A DNA stretch of 32,000 nucleotides from Planctomycetales bacterium (GTDB lineage Bacteria > 4484-113 > JAFGCY01), in the NCBI GenBank assembly GCA_022646745.1, contig CP060262.1, positions 3,420,001 through 3,452,000 of the forward strand. The letters are read 5' to 3'. This document shows positions 30,586 through 32,000 of the stretch, in pieces (position 1 is the first letter of the stretch; every line of letters begins with the position of its first letter). The position numbers were made by a program, and so were the translations under genes. The notes under the pieces are model-generated. The model searched no databases. It was not told where the DNA came from and saw only the letters and a list, made by a program, of their open reading frames with translations.

Positions 30586-32000
30586 CTAGCCCCCCGCCTT
30601 GCTCGTCTTCTTTGCCCTGCTGACTGGCGCCTTCTTCGCTGCTGCCTTCTGCCTGCTGCCTGCTGCCTTCTTCGCCGCAAGCATCTCCTTCAGGAAGCTG
30701 CCCGTATGGCTCGCCTTCACCGCCGCCACTTCCTCAGGCGTGCCCGCAGCCACCAGCTTGCCGCCGCCGCGCCCGCCCTCCGGGCCGATGTCAATCACCC
30801 AGTCCGCCGTCTTGATCACGTCCAGGTTGTGCTCGATCACGAGCACCGTGTTGCCACTGTCAACCAGCCTGTCCAGCACCGTCAGCAACTTGCGGATGTC
30901 CTCGAAGTGCAGGCCCGTCGTCGGCTCATCCAGCATGTAGAGCGTCTTGCCCGTGCTGCGCTTGGACAGCTCCTTCGCCAGCTTGATGCGCTGGCTCTCA
31001 CCGCCTGACAGCGTCGGTGCACTCTGCCCGAGCTTGATGTAGTCCAGCCCGACGTCGTGCAGGGTCTCGAGGATGCGCGTGATCTTCGGGAACTTGCCAA
31101 AGTGCTCAATCGCCTCCTCGACCGTCATCTCCAGCACGTCGTTGATGTTCTTGCCCTTGAACTCCACCGTCAGGGTCTCGCGGTTGAAGCGCCGCCCGTT
31201 GCAGACGTCGCACTCCACGTACACGTCCGACAGGAAGTGCATCTCGATCTTCTTCACGCCGTCGCCCTGGCAGGACTCGCAGCGCCCGCCCTTCACGTTG
31301 AAGCTGAAGCGCCCCGGCTTGTAGCCGCGCACGCGGCTCTCCGGCAGCTCGGCGTACAGCGTGCGGATCCCGTCCCAGACCCCGACGTAGGTCGCCGGGT
31401 TGCTGCGCGGCGTGCGCCCGATCGGCTTCTGGCTGATCTGGATCACCTTGTCAACGTTCTCCGCGATGCCGCGGATCTCACGGAACTGCCCGGTCTTGCG
31501 CACCGTGCCGTTCAGCAGGTTGGCAGTCGCCTTCCAGAGGGTCTCATTCACGAGGCTGGACTTGCCGCTGCCACTCACACCGGTCACGCAGACGAAGCGC
31601 CCAAGCGGGATTTCCACGTCGATGTCCTGCAGGTTGTTGGCAGCCGCTCCGAGGATCTCGATGCTCCTGCCGTTGCCAAAGCGCCGCTTCTCGGGGACGG
31701 TGATCTCCTCCTTGCCGGCCAGGTAGCGCCCGGTGATGCTCTTGCCGCGCTTTGACAGCGCCGGGCAGTCACCCTGGTCCACGATCCGGCCGCCGTGCAC
31801 GCCGGCCCGCGGGCCGAAGTCGAGGATCTCATCCGCGCGGCGCATCGTCTCCTCGTCATGCTCGACCACGATCACAGTGTTGCCAAGGTCGCGCAGGAAC
31901 TCCAGCGTGTCGATAAGCTTCTGGTTGTCACGCTGGTGCAGGCCGATGCTCGGCTCATCCAGCACGTACAGCACACCGGTCAGCCCGCTGCCGATCTGGC
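30586..32000 (-). CDS. uvrA: excinuclease ABC subunit UvrA (C-terminal part; N-terminus beyond position 32000)
   Basis: The frame stays open to the window edge (..[25 protein letters not shown]). It contains the second ABC ATPase module ([33 protein letters not shown]) and the zinc module CESCQGDG...CDVCNG. It ends with a Lys/Ala-rich tail. Confidence 0.93.
   Translation of the reverse strand, partial: QIGSGLTGVLYVLDEPSIGLHQRDNQKLIDTLEFLRDLGNTVIVVEHDEETMRRADEILDFGPRAGVHGGRIVDQGDCPALSKRGKSITGRYLAGKEEITVPEKRRFGNGRSIEILGAAANNLQDIDVEIPLGRFVCVTGVSGSGKSSLVNETLWKATANLLNGTVRKTGQFREIRGIAENVDKVIQISQKPIGRTPRSNPATYVGVWDGIRTLYAELPESRVRGYKPGRFSFNVKGGRCESCQGDGVKKIEMHFLSDVYVECDVCNGRRFNRETLTVEFKGKNINDVLEMTVEEAIEHFGKFPKITRILETLHDVGLDYIKLGQSAPTLSGGESQRIKLAKELSKRSTGKTLYMLDEPTTGLHFEDIRKLLTVLDRLVDSGNTVLVIEHNLDVIKTADWVIDIGPEGGRGGGKLVAAGTPEEVAAVKASHTGSFLKEMLAAKKAAGSRQKAAAKKAPVSRAKKTSKAGG

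Larger units (their letters stand above)
29981..30586. repeat. 606-bp non-coding cluster of GC-rich palindromes and 7/14-nt phased repeats, bounded by 9-nt inverted repeats (GGAGGTGCG / CGCACCTCC) each flanked by TA
   Basis: Hairpins are at 29985..30005, 30033..30053, 30054..30076, 30154..30172, 30245..30259, 30428..30446, 30492..30523 (18-bp perfect palindrome GTCACGCCATGGCGTGAC at its core) and 30565..30582. A 10-bp palindrome, CAGTTAACTG, lies at 30451..30460. Confidence 0.7.

Noticed and set aside
29998-30623. Track ORFs lie in the mfd/uvrA spacer: 29998..30468, 30057..30623 and 30062..30376 (+), and 30021..30206 and 30266..30505 (-).
   Set aside because: They are Pro/Ser/Thr/Arg-rich low-complexity translations running through palindromes and tandem repeats. 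They overlap one another in several frames and have no SD or recognisable motifs.

Overview
This is a GC-rich bacterial chromosomal core region, transcribed almost entirely on the minus strand. Reading right to left on that strand, a candidate promoter and a structured leader of about 155 nt come first. They are followed by a complete S10-spc-alpha ribosomal-protein super-operon: rpsJ to rplO, secY, adk, map, an internal promoter, then rpmJ, rpsM, rpsK, rpoA and rplQ. With gaps of 0-17 nt or overlapping stop/start codons, this runs on into truA-rplM-rpsI, an NlpC/P60 hydrolase and the c-di-AMP module cdaA-cdaR-glmM. Next is a 709-aa two-domain protein of unknown role whose GTG start overlaps the glmM stop. 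After that come separately promoted ilvE, tRNA-Val(TAC) and a truncated lipoprotein gene. To the right of the operon lie an S51 (peptidase E-like) gene, a small two-TM ORF (+), mfd (+) and the 3' part of uvrA (-). I saw no rRNA, CRISPR array, transposase, integrase or recognisable defence genes. infA, rpmD, rpsD and tuf are not in the positions they occupy in many bacteria. Four things stand out. (1) The orphan fusion protein combines an unknown N-domain with an acyl-ACP-reductase-like domain and is attached to the cdaA/glmM module. (2) The intergenic DNA around mfd and the S51 gene carries three separate arrays of exactly four heptamers (NNNTCCC), which read as G3N4G3N4G3N4G3 on the minus strand. 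The same DNA also holds other 7/14-nt phased repeats and a 606-bp palindrome cluster bounded by TA-flanked inverted repeats. (3) Terminator-like hairpins sit both upstream and immediately downstream of rpsJ. (4) The S14 and L36 copies in the main operon are Cys-depleted, the zinc-free type. All calls come from reading the sequence and recalling protein families. No database search or folding calculation was run.
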